Of a DNA stretch of 64,000 nt, positions 25,633-40,030 are shown in pieces. Every line of letters starts with the position of its first letter. Position 1 is the first letter of the stretch. A program made the position numbers and the translations under genes. The DNA comes from Tubulanus polymorphus (taxonomy: Eukaryota > Animalia > Nemertea), in NCBI RefSeq assembly GCF_964204645.1, contig NC_134036.1, positions 5,362,600-5,426,599 on the forward strand, read 5' to 3'. Below the pieces are notes generated by a model, which searched no databases, was not told the origin of the DNA, and was given only the letters and a program-made list of their open reading frames with translations.

Positions 25633-28471
25633 CAAGATAGTTTTAGACTCACCAAAAGCAGCTTTCGGGTGGTACAATTCAGTCGATACGATTTTTCGAT
25701 TTCGTTGTTTGGTCGGGATAATATCGTTTTAGAACATCATCCTGAACGTTAGACAACAATTTGAAAAATATATAGATAATCTTTCACAGTTTTATTTCAC
25801 GTGAAATATTTCTAATTTTCTGAATTTACTCGATCACTTGATATCGTCAACTTCTCAATATTAACAATGGATGTATGGACGGTAAGACCCAGGTTTTAAC
25901 CCTTTCCCTGGGGCATATTTTGTTGCTTACGATTTCTATGTGGGATTGAATCCTCTTTTTTGTATTGACTTAATGAATAAAGACCCACATATGATATATC
26001 CAATCTGAACCTAAGTTAATAAAAGCTACCGGAAATCTGGGTAAGCAGTGACCTAGATCTAGAGGTCAAATTTAGGTCACGCCTTTGTATACATGAATTA
26101 GTTTGCTAATAGAAAACATCGCTAGCTAGCTGATGAGGTTTGAGCAGCCGGTTGGACTAGTTTAATATCTAGTGGAAATTAGGTTAGTCTGACATATCAC
26201 ATCGTTACGCTTTATGTGACGAAGATATAAATATAGCTTTCGGTTCGGGTGGTGGTAAGTGTAGGATCGCAAAAATTCGAAGTCTATCAAAGTGTCCCAT
26301 AAACACCTTTATCTCACTTCTTACGACAGTAGTAATAATGAATACACTTTCCGAAAAATGTGCTTACTTTTTGCTTTTTGAAAGCGAGTTTTTAGAGCGT
26401 CTGTATCTCGATACTGCGCTACAAGAACAATGACCAACGGACAACATCACCGGGTAGACACGCCAGGAGCAACTATTGCTCTTATGGACTCAACACAAGA
26501 TGGAATCACTGTGTTAGGTACCCTTATTGCTCGTGTGCGGAGAGCGGGGATGCCAAAGTTCCGACACGGTAACGAGCATCTCGCTACTGATTGTACCTAC
26601 AGCGCAGTATCGAAGCACATGCCAACTCACTTCCACAAAGTATGAACAGCATCTTTAGAAAGCGTGTTCATCGTCATTACCGCTGTAAGATAGAATATAT
26701 AGTGAGATACAAGTGCGCACGCATTGATTGTATTCGATGAATTACTCGAACAGTGCGCCTCCGATCAGAGGTATAATCCCGAACTGTACGATGCATCGAA
26801 CCATCTTTTACAGATACGGAAATTCTATGAATTGTGAAACAGTCCCTGTCCGGAAAAAGCATCGGCGCTAGTATGATTAGTACGATGTGCGCGCAGCGGT
26901 TACTAGTTTATATTCTAAAAGTTGTTCAAGCTTCAGAAAAGATTGTATCTATAGTACTGGGCCATGAAATTTACCCGTTTGTTATCAGGATTACAAAGCT
27001 TAAGCGCCTATAGCGAGTGAGAATTGTGAATATAGGTCAAATACAGAAACGAACTTAAGAGTTTAAGAGTTCGAAAACTTATTTTCAAATTCTCATTCCA
27101 AGGAGACAGTTGCTGACTATACTCATGTAAGTTTTCCACGCAAGGAATAAAGCGTTATCATCTTCAAAAACATTTTCTAAACTACTGATTAAGGTTTTCC
27201 TAGGTTGAAAGATATTAACATTCGGTTGCGAATGATATCTTGGTGTATATAAATTAACTATTCTCGGGTTCTCAAAAGAGTGCGAAAACAGTGTGAATAC
27301 ATTTGATATAGAAGCATGCATGATACATATATATTGAAAACCGCTGTCGAGCGCAGAAATGTTTAGACGTTTTTACAGTAACTGCCTCGAGGCGTTTTAC
27401 AATATATAACCATTGCTGCAATACGTATTCAGCATCTCACTTAGTTGGGTTCTTGAAAATGCTGAGATAAGCAGGATGTTTCAAATACGAACACATTTGT
27501 TAAGCTATCCTTATCCTTATCTGCGATGAGGCTTTGAGTCCAATGCGATATCAAAATGTTTTCGATGGGGAATCATTATTTTCAAACAAAATGTCGATTT
27601 TTTTTTTAAATCATGAAGTAAGGCACAAGATTCTTTAGATTAAAAAACAAACTATGCAGCTATCTTTAATCGATCAAACGTATTCATCAAAACTAAATAT
27701 CTATTCATCGTACATTTTCTCTATTCGGGATCGATAATCGTAGTCTGTTCAGACCATGTGATTCGAACTAAAGTTTTAGGGAATCCCTATTCGGTCGAAG
27801 CACACGACAGAAGATGCTAAAAATACACGTTGAGCTAAATCGCTGCATGCATATACCTTGGAGTAATCATTTTCAAATGATTACTCCAAGCATATACAAT
27901 GTCTATTTCCTTTGAATATGACGCGCATGAATTCCTGTGGCCTCTTCGAGACTCGATCGGACTTATATCCCAGATTTGTGTCAAAGATCAGATTGAGTTT
28001 GATTTACGTTTCTTATTCTAAATATTAATAAAATCAACAGCGATTTCGATGATAATGAGTTTTTATTCAACGTCCTGCTATACGCGGTTATAGAAACGAA
28101 GTCGATTCGAATTTTACGTTTCTAAAGCAAAATTAAATCTCATTTCTAATAATCTCGTAACGGTAACTTTTGATGAGAAGCATAACTTACGCGTTTCATA
28201 TGCAGGGAAAAATCGATACCTCATTTATATATTGGTTATTAAATGTATAATGAATCGGAAATTCGGTCCGGAATATTTCTGCTCGGATGTTTTGAGTATA
28301 TTATATATAGTAATTATATGAACATTAACATATAGCGATGAACTGAAACTAGAATAACTGAGAAAATCAAGGATCTCCTTATTGTGTTGCGTTATTATTT
28401 TTTCTTCGGTTGAATTTGCGAAATACGTATTTTTTACTGAACATATACGATGACTTCTCGACACGTCGGAT

Positions 28472-28561
28472 CGAATTTTCTGATTGGATGAAATCGGATC
28501 GTGATGCGACCAATAAACGATTATGTGAAACTTGACGAATTTCGTTCATTCTGTCGCAGTG
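28472..28561 (+). promoter_or_regulatory. Putative core promoter of copy 4
   Basis: ATTGG at 28483, CCAAT at 28510, TCATTC downstream. Confidence 0.5.
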
Positions 28562-31500
28562 ATGTTGTTCGGCATGGAGCAGCGACTGAGAGCGCTGTTT
28601 ATAGCGTCGCTGATCGTCTGTCAAGTTCGCATCGCGCGCGCTCATCGCGCAGATTCTATCGAAGAATCGTCTGTGACGGTAAGTTCGTCTTGTAACAACA
28701 CGTGGTACCCGCTAGATTCTACGTCCGGTTACATCGTTTCGCCAAATTACCCTTCGTTCACGCGCGGTGTTGAATGTCGTTGGTTCATCAACAGTTCTTT
28801 ACCGGGAACTTTTCACGTCCAAACGAAATTCGATATTGAACTGGCAGTATTCTGTAGTGATAACTACCTTCTCGTCTACGAGTCTGATAATAGATTCTGC
28901 GGTGATGGAAAACATGAAATCCGCCGTAACGATTCGATCTCGTTTATGTTCAAGAGTAACGTCGATGGCGCACGAGGAAGTCGAGTTTATGTCGTATATC
29001 GTTACGAACGAAACCGATTAAGGATCAGTCCGATAGGAAATTTTAAGGTGCACGAATTGAAAACATCGACCGGATACAAATTTACGATGTTCTTCTACCG
29101 AGGATGTCAGCTGTTCGTCGAATGGAACGGCATCCCGGATGGTTTGGCGATGAATTTGACCTTCGTAGAGTTGAACGTTAGGCTTTTCTCTGGTTCTAGC
29201 ATCGATCCAGCCTCAAGTTTTCGAATCTATGATGGCTGGAACAGTAGCAGTGAACCGATAACGCTTATAGGCGTACAGAGCGGACAACAGCCGTCATCGT
29301 TTTATACCAAAACTAACAAGGCAATGATTTCTGTAACGAATCAACGCGACACTACGACGAAACTTTTAATCCAGACGTACAGAATATCAGATTGGAACGT
29401 CCCTAATCCGTTGATTCAGATCTCTAATAACGAATCGGGAGTGCTCATTCCCGATGACAACAGTTTATACGTAATAACTCGATCGAAACACTTACACTGC
29501 TGGTCTATCACAGTGCAGGTGTTACAGTACGTCGTCTTCAATTGGACACGTGATCTCGTCATATCCGGTGACGTCATCGGTGTTTATAAACAAGAAGGGT
29601 TACGAGTTGTAGGAACTGATATTTTACTCGGTTACAACTACCTGCAATCACTGAGTGTTAAATCTGACGGATTTCTCGTCATACTGTGCGTTCTAACGAG
29701 GTTGAATATAACACAATCGAATGTGAGAATACACTTCATAAGGATATCAACATCGATGTCAGAATTGCGCATCTTTAAACGCAGGGTAAGTGTCAAATTA
29801 TGGATGCTCTTTAAGTCAAACCTGAACGGATGAGCTTCGCACCTATAGCAGTCAATTGATAAAATGAATTAATATTGCCCACAAATCGCATGTATATTTA
29901 GATAGATGACAAACTGAACACGATGTCGCTGGCACATTACTTGCTGCTTCCACGTCCAACGAGGAACTTGAGGTATCATGTATTTCTGTTTGAATTCAAA
30001 TGGAAAGTTGAAGTCTATGAGAAGAAACTGGAATTAACGGTGCTGTCTGTGAATTGTGAAAATTCTGGATTCTACATATACGACGGTGGTAATTTCACGG
30101 CTAGACGATACGGTCCGTATTGTCCCGGTTCATTAGGTTATCTGCGAAGTGTCGTCAGTCTGATAACATCAGGTGGACCAGTTATCGTAGTAGGATATAT
30201 TTATAACTGTCAGAGAAAGCGGATAGCAAGTGGCTCTTTAGATTTACGTGCGACTGAATGTGACGGTTTTACTCTTAGGGAAGGAGAACACCGGGTGACA
30301 GTGCAGACGTCGAACTGTTTCAGGATTACACCCGAAAACCGAGTTCGATTACGTAGAGTTTACGTATTTTCAAAGAACGAATATGAAATTGGTGGGTGCA
30401 CGCCGGATTATACGGAACCTCTCAGGAGATGTAGATTTTTGATGCCTCTTAGTATTCAGCGTCTCAATAGCAGTCTCATACTGCACACTGTCACAATCAG
30501 ACCGACTTATTTGTTCTGGTTACACCCGTTTATCGTTGAATTGCGGCGTGTCTGCCAAACATTAAAAAGGCCTAATACATTCTTCTACGGCGGGTCGCAG
30601 ATGCGAAGAGAAGTTCACTGCGGAATCGTGCAGTCACTGAATTATCCAAGATCTGCCCCAACTTTAACTGTTACATTGAAATACAGAGTCCAGGTCTTTT
30701 CATTTCAAAGCCGAATTCAGTTTTTCCGATTCATCATCAAAACAATGGAAAAGACGTCGTGCATCAAGGATTCCCAGAACGAACTAGAATCCGTCACGTA
30801 CATCCAGGAAGTTATTTATTCATCCACTGCCCAACACAGAATAAAACTATGCGACAAGTTTGCTGAACCGGGAGATACATTTTACAGTTTACTTGAAATA
30901 GGAATGTGGTTCGAGGTGAAAAACCGAATTCCCAAATTTAAGATACAATACGTCTTACAGAATCAGTTACCGGTGAAAACTTTAAGTAATGTTTGCAAAT
31001 CGGGATTCCTAGATTCGGGGAATTCATGCGTAAAATACATCAGAGATGAACGTCTGAATTGGGAGAATGCTGAATTGTACTGTAGACAGAAGTACGCGGG
31101 ACATCTACTCAGTATCAACTCAGAACAGGAAATGATTGCTATTAAACGATTATTCGCCACAAGACATCTGTTATTCAAAGCATACACGCAGAAAGCGCTG
31201 ATAATGATGATTGGACTAAAGAAACAGGTAATGTAGAACTGTACGTCACCCCGAATTTTGATGGCTCTTTTTTCAAAGTTAAGATTTTCAAGTATTTATT
31301 TACAGTCGAGAGCGGGTTTTTACACGTGGACTGATGGAAAACCATTGAGCTACACAGAGTGGTATAAACCTACAAATAACGACACGATACCAGAAGTTAT
31401 TCAAGGATTGATATCTCCTCTTAGAAAACAACCGATAAATGACGTCAATATGCCGTGCACGGCGATGATACTGAATAATCCACGAGGATCAGCGAACTGG

Positions 31501-34500
31501 GTTCGATTCCCATGTGAAATCGAAGAGGTTCACACGAGTTTCATTTGCGAAACGGAAAGAGATGATTTCGAAAATACAACAGTTAAAACGTTAAATATAA
31601 CGAAAAACAACACAATTCTGATACGTAAAAAATCGTTTCATGAAACCGGTTTCAATGAGGCGAGCTGTGTGTTTGGTTGGGTAAGCATAAATAAACAATG
31701 CTATCAAATACTGACGGACTGGAACAAACATCGAGGTTTAGATATGATAACGGCGACGGAGATGTGTGACGAAATCCGAGGCAAAATAGCCAACGTTATA
31801 ACCAGTTGCAAAGAAAACGAAACAATGAACTTGATATCGAAATTTAACTTTCAACATCAATATAGCTCCATACTTTTTATGACATATAATGACCCACCAC
31901 TAGTTTTAAAACCAATAACCACTAGAGATGAAATTACTTATGTCAAATCAGTTAAATGGATGATGAAACAGTTTGATAATGCGACAGATACAGCGCATTC
32001 TGTTTTGTGTTCATACAATGTAACTGATGAAGAGTTAGCTTCTATAAGCGGTTGTAAATGGTGGCATTTTAAATGTAACGATCAAAGATGTATCAGCGAC
32101 CATCGCGTATGTGATACCAGACACGACTGTCAACATGGTGAAGATGAACTCAATTGTACGGATATCAATTTACACAGCCAGTTTCAATGCGATACAGGTC
32201 AGGTTATATCAATAAGTGGTTTCTGTGATTTCATACAAGATTGTGCAGATGGTTCTGATGAGAACTCGTGTTTTTACCCCCCGTGTTTGTCCGAACAATT
32301 TCGGTGCGTAAGTGGTCAATGTGTCAGTAGGTCTTACAGATGCGATGGAGTCACTAATTGTAAAGACGGCTCCGACGAAATCGGTTGCACTTCTGAGCAA
32401 TGTCAAGGGTTCCTGTGTAAGAGTGGAGATTGCATCAGTTCTCAGTTGTATCATGATGGTGTTGTGGATTGTAGTGGAAGCCTTGAAGAAGATGAATTAG
32501 TAACAACTACTAATATTACAGTGAATCCTACGATCCATTGTAATGACGAAAACCATTGTACCACTAACTTTACAAATCTCTGTACGGAATCTGATGAACA
32601 AAGATGTTCTTTTAATTCTCCTCATTGTTATTCAAGACGTCACAGATGTATTCTAGAAAGAATGGCAAATGGTTTCCCAGTTTGTAGAAATCTTGAGCAC
32701 GTATTGAGATGTGAAGAATTTGAATGTCCAGCTGGTACTGTAAAATGTCCAGCATCGTACTGTATACCGATCAGACAGGTGTGCGATGGTCAATCAGATT
32801 GTCCTAATTCAGAAGATGAGCAAAACTGCGAGACATTTTCATGTCCAGGAATGTTTAAATGTGGCCACGAAAATAGATGTATTATACAATCTGAAGTTTG
32901 CGATGGTGTCGTAAATTGTAAATATACAACTGATGACGAGGCTTTCTGTAACGTCGACTGTCTGAGAGGTTGTAAGTGTCAAGGTCATCTGACCGAGTGT
33001 AGAAATACTGGTTTAACAAACATTACCGGTCTTTTCTCGGCATCAACTCGAGTTTTAATCTTGTCGAATAACGAAATTACATTAGACATGTCGACATTCC
33101 TTTCATATATCTATTTGCGCATGCTCAACATCTCCGCCAATGAATTGTCTTATATTTTACCTAAATCGTTCTCAAACCTGCATAATCTACATACATTAGA
33201 TCTAACACACAACAACATAACATCATTATCTGCAAAAACATTCATCGGTTTGTATAGTTTGAAAGAGTTATTGATTACTGAAAATCCGATACGTCATTTA
33301 CAGGACGATACCTTCCAAGATTTGAAGTCACTTAAAGTTCTCGACCTTCACAAACTTTCGATGTTGGTGCTTGGTAGAAACGTATTTCGAGGTTTATCAA
33401 CATTACAGTCGTTGAATATCAGCTATAACAGAATCCATCATATTTCGCTTTACGCATTTTCTGGATTAACTTCACTTGAAATTCTTGATATAACCAACAA
33501 CTACAAAGTTATTTCTGTCGACAGAAATGTTTTCAACAATCTGACATCATTGGTCTCCTTAAAGTCTGATGCTTACAAATTTTGCTGCATGGCTCCGAAC
33601 GTTTACCAGTGCCTTCCGGAAGCTGATCAATTTTCCTCCTGTTCTGATCTGATGGGTAACACAGTCCTCAGAGCAATCATTTGGGTTATTGCTTCATTCA
33701 GTTCCATCGCTAACGGAATTGTCATTTCACTTCGCATTCGATCGATTCGATTTTCCTCCTCAAATCCATCTTCAGATATCATCATCATTAATGTTGCTGT
33801 GTGTGATTTCATGATGTCTATATATTTGTTTCTGATCGCTGGAGCCGATTACATTTATTCTGGCATTTACTTTCTCAATTCGGAATTATGGATGGATAGT
33901 CCATTTTGTCGTCTTGCTGGGATCACGGTGTCTATCTCTTGTGAAGGTTCATTGATATTTTTGCTCATCATGACACGTCATAGGTTCACAAATATCGTTA
34001 ATCCATTTTCAGGAAGTGCAATTACATCTCCTAGATATGTGTGCGCTATTTGTTGCACATCTTGGATTATTTTGTGTGCTATTGCATTGCTACCTCTAAC
34101 ACCTCTCCCTTACTTCGGAGACAATTTTTACGGTACAACCGGAGTTTGTTTACCGATGAATTTAATTTCAATTGAAGTCAATGCCTGGCAATATTCATTA
34201 GCTATTTTTTCATTATCCAACTCATTCATACTCACTACGATAATGGCAACGTATGTACAAATGTACAGACTCGTATCTGGAAGTAGGTCTGGTTCGGGTA
34301 GAAGTGACCCTACAGAATTAGTTTTGGCACGCAGGAGTTTGGTGATAAATCTGTGTAATCTATTTTGCTGGCTGCCGTTAATTACCGTTCAGATTTGTGC
34401 GGTATTACGGGTGGAAATACCGAATCAGGTGGCTGCTTGGCTGGCGGTTCTTTTCTTACCGATCAACTCGTCCCTCAATCCCCTTCTTTACACAATACTG

Positions 34501-34563
34501 ACTATCGATATGAAATCCATACGAGCAAAAACTAAACGCAGGCAACATCGAACAGATAAATGA
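28562..34563 (+). CDS. GRL101-like: Copy 4: CUB/CTLD-extended GRL101-like GPCR, 3 exons, ~1935 aa
   Basis: Exons 28562-29785, 29902-31227, 31306-34563. Introns 29786-29901 (agg|GTAAGT...atttAG, 116 bp) and 31228-31305 (cag|GTAATG...ttacAG, 78 bp), phase 0. Confidence 0.88.
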
Positions 34564-35146
34564 AATAGCGCAGAGTGTTTGGTATATATCGCCAGTCAAA
34601 ACGATCTTTCAATTTCATTTTCTGTCGGGGATATTTAATGATAAATCATCATTATATACACTAGACTCCCCCCTCCCACTTATTTTTGCGTTGTTCACTT
34701 TTCACCGTTTTTTTTCGCATGCAATAAATTTGTTACATTCATTCAATTACTAGATATCATTAACGTGTCAATATCTGCAATGGATGTATGGAGTATTGAT
34801 CGTTACACACGGGTTACAGCTTTCAATTCGGGTCGCTGTATCTCCTATACACTCAACACTCAATTGAAGCACTCCTGGTTAAAACTATTTCAGTACTGAC
34901 CATAAACCCTCCGACCGTACTCAGCCAGAAATTCTCCGGGTGATTAAACAAAACCCCCGGTAAAGAGATACTGTTAGTGTTACTAAAGAGGTACCGTACC
35001 CACAGTAGGGCACTATAGCAGGTCACAAAAAAATATATGTTCATGCTTATTATATGGGCACCTTGGTGACCTAAATAATAAATAATAAAATGCGAATATC
35101 CAACCAATTGCTATACATAGCCTGCTTTTCTTTTCTGCAGTGTGTT

Positions 35147-35260
35147 CAGGACCCAGTTCCACAGTCGTGAGTTAGAGTTAACCCTGATTTAAAGTTAGTT
35201 CGTTTTCAATGAGTTAACCCAGAGTAAAATCTTAACTCACAATTGTGGAACTGGGGCCTG
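35147..35260. mobile_element. MITE A (114 bp), spacer 4
   Basis: Same element at the same site as 14746-14859. Confidence 0.8.
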
Positions 35261-36705
35261 ATGATTATCTAAGAATTTGATGGTAAAATTTTCCATACAT
35301 CAAAACATTATGGCTGATTTATTCAGTAAGGTAGTGATCGCAATTAGAGGAATATACCAATTAATATTGATCTGCAAAATATCTTTCGAAACGACCGTAG
35401 GCGCATAGTAGCTGAAATACTTAAGGTTTTGCGATAGATGGCGCATTGGTATCAAGTAGATCCTCAACAAAAATGCGTGTAACAGGTGACCGCGTACCAC
35501 GTTACGAAAGGGTTGAATGTACCTTTCATCATTATCATTGAAGATAGACTAAACAGCTAGATATAAGTACAAAGGCGAATTTTGAAAGACTGAATATATT
35601 TGATGTCGTTTTCAAGAAGTGCGCCCCCGGACACTGGTTTAATCCTGATAGTTATGATATATCGATCCGATATTTTGAATTTCTGGTTCGGTTCGAAACA
35701 CCGGCTCAGTAGATACGTACGTCCAACCTGTCCCAGTAGGGAGCCGAATTTAATGGTACTCGATACCACAGTTCGAAACCTGCCTTAGTATAAAGTGCGC
35801 ACAGCTATTAGTTTATACCCGAAACTTTGTTTGAATTCATGAAATAAAAGCAAATCTCAATTTATCTTTATTGTTGTTGTATTTACTGCGTGTTTCATTG
35901 GACATTTTTTCCCCATCCAATCAGTTCTTTTTCTCTATTCATTAAAATCATTAACGCGAACAAGACGATTTCACTAAGTGGTAACCGTTTGATTTGATCC
36001 ATCGCTGTTCACAAAGACAATTAACACAAAACAATTATGAATACATCCAAATATGAAATTAAATGCGCAATAACAGATTTTTACAAAATAGGTTAAACTG
36101 CAGCGTCGATATGGAAACCGTCGCGATCAACGTGGTTCAGGAGTACAATCAATATTGAAATAGTTGAAATTTGCACAAATCAACTACTTAACCGGGTATA
36201 AACGGGGTTGCGTTCTAAAATGAAAAGTTCTCCCTCAGCAAGGCACTCGTGTGTTACGTGTATTATGAACTTGTTCTTCTGTCGGAATATTACGTCAATC
36301 TGTTTCAATTTGGAGACTATATGATTGATCATTAAATATGTCTCATTCTTACAAATTTCTCAATTATCAAATATATTTTTATCTGGTTAAAAAGGGCGTC
36401 CTAACGACCGACAGGCTCTCGTTATTCAACATCATATTGTGTGTATTGTAAGCCTTTATATAGGCGGGTTTTACTAAAGATGATAATATGATAACCTACA
36501 CCGAAACTCACTAAGTAACGGTTTAGGTTCCAGCAATAAAAAATACATGAAGCGGGCTAAAATTTTTCTAGTAAAAATTTGTGTTCGATTTCGTGGAATC
36601 CACGTGGATATTACGCTATCAAATAAAACACTAGATATATCTCAGACATCTGCAGCGATGTCGACTAATATGGGTGGTCATTCCAAATAAAAAGACACGA
36701 CTTCA

Positions 36706-36859
36706 GGGGCCGGTTCCTTAGTTAAATCAGAATACAGACCAGTCTAAGTTAAAATTGTTTCTATAGTCAATCGAAAGACTTTAGAATAAAATGCACATTT
36801 AATTGTAAATGCTGTTAAGACAAATTTCGGACTTAAGTCTCGACTTTGGAACCGGCGCC
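36706..36859. mobile_element. MITE-like element B, spacer 4
   Basis: GGGGCCGGTTCC...GGAACCGGCGCC, an 11/12 inverted match. Confidence 0.55.
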
Positions 36860-38176
36860 GTGAGAATAAACTCGTGCGTGATCAAAATATATCAGAAATC
36901 GTATGCTCACCTTTGCGTGCGCTATCCACGCGGCACTAGTCGTTTCAAGCTATATAACCACAACAAACCGCTAGTACTTCATATCGCGGGTGAAAATATT
37001 CAGCCAAAAACATCATTTTCCTTCCTCGCATTATGCGTATCAAATCCAGCCTCGAAAATGTCTTCTTTCTCCAATTTCTAACGAGAATTCAACTCTGAAA
37101 ACGTAATAAAACACTTCGCTTTGAGTGATACAATTGATAAAGCTTACAATGCCGATGGTCATTTTTCGAAGGGTTAGTATTTCCTCGAATCAAAGAGACG
37201 ATTTCTTTTAACTCCAGTACAACAAGAATGATCCGTTTAAAACTATCTAAACAGTCCCTGTACTACTATAATCGTTCGCCGTCGGTAGTTAGTAGAGGTA
37301 TTTAAATGGATAATTACGTAAGACAAGTTAACCAAAAGAACAGTTCTCTCACAATTTTGACATCACCCGAATGATGACTTTGTTCGACTTCAAAAATTGA
37401 CTGTCATTAGTATTGTTACCTAGAATAAATCATCTATTGATTTCAATACACCTCAGAAGCTAGCGCAGCAAATGGAAAATCGAGTCTTTCATATCGGAAA
37501 TGGGTTTTGTTTGTAAAACAATGAAACTCCTCTTCACGTACTTTCTATTCTCAATAGGCGACTTTAGAGCAGTAAAAGATTTTTTTTCCAATGCAAATAT
37601 GTTCGGCTATAGCTACAAATTATCAATCATATTCCCACGTCTCAATAAGCATTCCTTATCTATTACATGTTTAAACATAATGTAAAATATATAACGTATT
37701 TGTAAACAGTTGTGGTTAAAAAAAGATAAATAAATTTCATATAATGATATATTTTGGTTTAAGCTTCCCAGGAAGTTTTTCAAAACACTCTCGCCGTTGA
37801 AATACGCATCCGACCATATTCATTATGAGTTCATGGACATATTGGATCAATTGAATATGTTAATCAGCACGTTTTATTAAAAGAACTGGCTAATATCTCC
37901 TCGTGAATTCAGATATCGGTATGTAACTTTTGAAAAGAACTACGTAGTCAGACAGCTTAGCTATATAATGCGGACGTTCCGGGCTAAATCACCAGATTTT
38001 TACTTGCTCTCCACGGGCCAAGCTTCAAATTTTCCAAGATGTATTTACTTCAATGTGCGTTAGTTTGCATCGGGTAAAACAACGCTTGGTTTTTCTTACC
38101 CCAAACAAAGTACGAGTCACGTTTTCCATACATGCACACACTGATCTCGTTTTAGAAATCTGAATGAATCAACTAA

Positions 38177-38532
38177 CCCCTATTATGGAATACTCTATCT
38201 GAATCGATTCAAACTATTCAAAGCGAACCTGCCTTTAAGCGTACCTACAATAAATCATTATTCAACACTTTGTAAATTTTCATTCTATACAAACCTATGT
38301 TTATGTGTAATATGTGCAACTTTGTTGTTTCTTTTCGCCTGTTAATTACTTGTGTGCATGATGTGTGAGTGTGATGAATGTGGTGTGGATGCTTCTGGGT
38401 GATACGGCTTAGATAGACTGTTTCAGTCTCTCTGCACAGCCCCATTATCCTGTTACATTTTTCTTCGTCTAATCATACTTATTATATCGTTCAATAATGT
38501 AACATCGTAATGAAAATAAATTTCAATTTCAA
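38177..38532 (+). mobile_element. 5'-truncated non-LTR retrotransposon (CR1/L2-type LINE) 3' end
   Basis: 38177-38275 translates PLLWNTLSESIQTIQSEPAFKRTYNKSLFNTL*, matching the WNxL...S...FK C-terminal motif of CR1/L2-clade ORF2. A 3' UTR follows, ending AATAAA-TTTCAA-TTTCAA. The insert interrupts the site AACTAAGTTGACC, which is uninterrupted at ~59067-59080; possible TAA duplication. Confidence 0.7.
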
Positions 38533-39796
38533 TAAGTTGACCACTCATCAACCGAATTCTGACACGCAAATCCCACGCGCTGTTTCCCTTCCTTGAAGCA
38601 AAACACAGTTGAATCAAATTGGATTCTATTTTTCTAACTGTTATTTCAAGGAGTTAGCGGTATTGTCCATCCAAAACATTTTTTGCAATATGCTGAAAAC
38701 AAAATTGAATCAAATTCAAATCTATTTTTCTAATTGTTATTTCGCGGATTTAATGGTGGGGTCCATCCAAAAAATTTGCAATCTGCTAATTAAAGTCATC
38801 TTCGTTTAAAAGATGTGAATTTGCAAGTTTAATGATAATGTAATGTATGCATTAACTAAACTCGGGTTTACAAAAGAACCGCAGCGCACGAAACCAGTGA
38901 AGACATATATATGGTTACATGATACATAGTGAAAACTGCCGTCGTGTTCAGAAAGCTAGACCGATTTTACAGTAACTGCCTCGAGGCGTTTAACATCACG
39001 CGCCTTGCTGCAATATCTATTTCTGTATCTAACCCATACATTCGATTCTAGAAAATGCTGAGATATGCACGACATTTCAAATAAGCATGACCTATATTTG
39101 TAGTTAAGCTAACCTTATCTGCTATATAACTTTAGATCTAGCGCAATATTCAGATTTGGGATATCTTTGAAAGTAAAGAAACTTTCTTTTGTTTTCATCA
39201 CAAGGTAAGGCATGGAATTCTCTAGAAAATACCTAATGCAGATATTTTAATTTGACCGAATACAATTCTTTTTCATCGAGAAATCGAACATGTGCCGTTA
39301 ATTCAGTCCTTTTCAAATAATACAACTCAGGATTGGTGAATCTGGATCCAACTTGTTGAAAGAAAATTCCTACGCAATAAATGTGGAAAAAATAGACGTT
39401 GCCTAACATTTCGGAAAATTTCGTCCGAATTTCACCCACATAAGATGCCACATGCATAAAATCTGCGAAAATATTTCGTGTGTCCTCTACGAAAATCCAT
39501 GGACCTAATATTATAGATTATGTTAAACGATATTGAGTTTGATTCATGTTTCATATTTTAGATATTGGTCAAATTATTAACCAGTTAGATATATGAAAAT
39601 GTTATTACTTGCGCTATCCCTGAAGAGGGGAAAATGTAACTCTTCAAAACGTTGCCAGAATAAATTTATATACTCATTAGAAATTGAGATTTTTACGGTT
39701 TTTGCTTCTATGGATTTTTGACTATTTGATCTCTCTACCCAAGATCTATATCAACAGCGGTTTCGATGTTAATAAGTTTTAACGTTGCTATATACG

Positions 39797-39917
<121 letters not shown>

Positions 39918-39940
39918 TTAGTTATATGTACTCGGTTAAG

Positions 39941-40030
39941 CGAATTTTCTGATAGGATGAAATCGGATCATGATCCGACCAATGACGGATTCTGTGAAAC
40001 TTGACGAATTTCGTTCATTCTGTCGCAGTG
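39941..40030 (+). promoter_or_regulatory. Putative core promoter of copy 5 (upstream CCAAT box mutated)
   Basis: ATAGG instead of ATTGG at 39952, CCAAT at 39979. Lies about 25 bp after a (TA)n tract. Confidence 0.45.

Noticed and set aside
26885-26906. Possible Helitron 3' end (TGCGCGCA...CTAGT)
   Set aside because: The stem is too short and no 5' boundary can be identified; compatible with chance.
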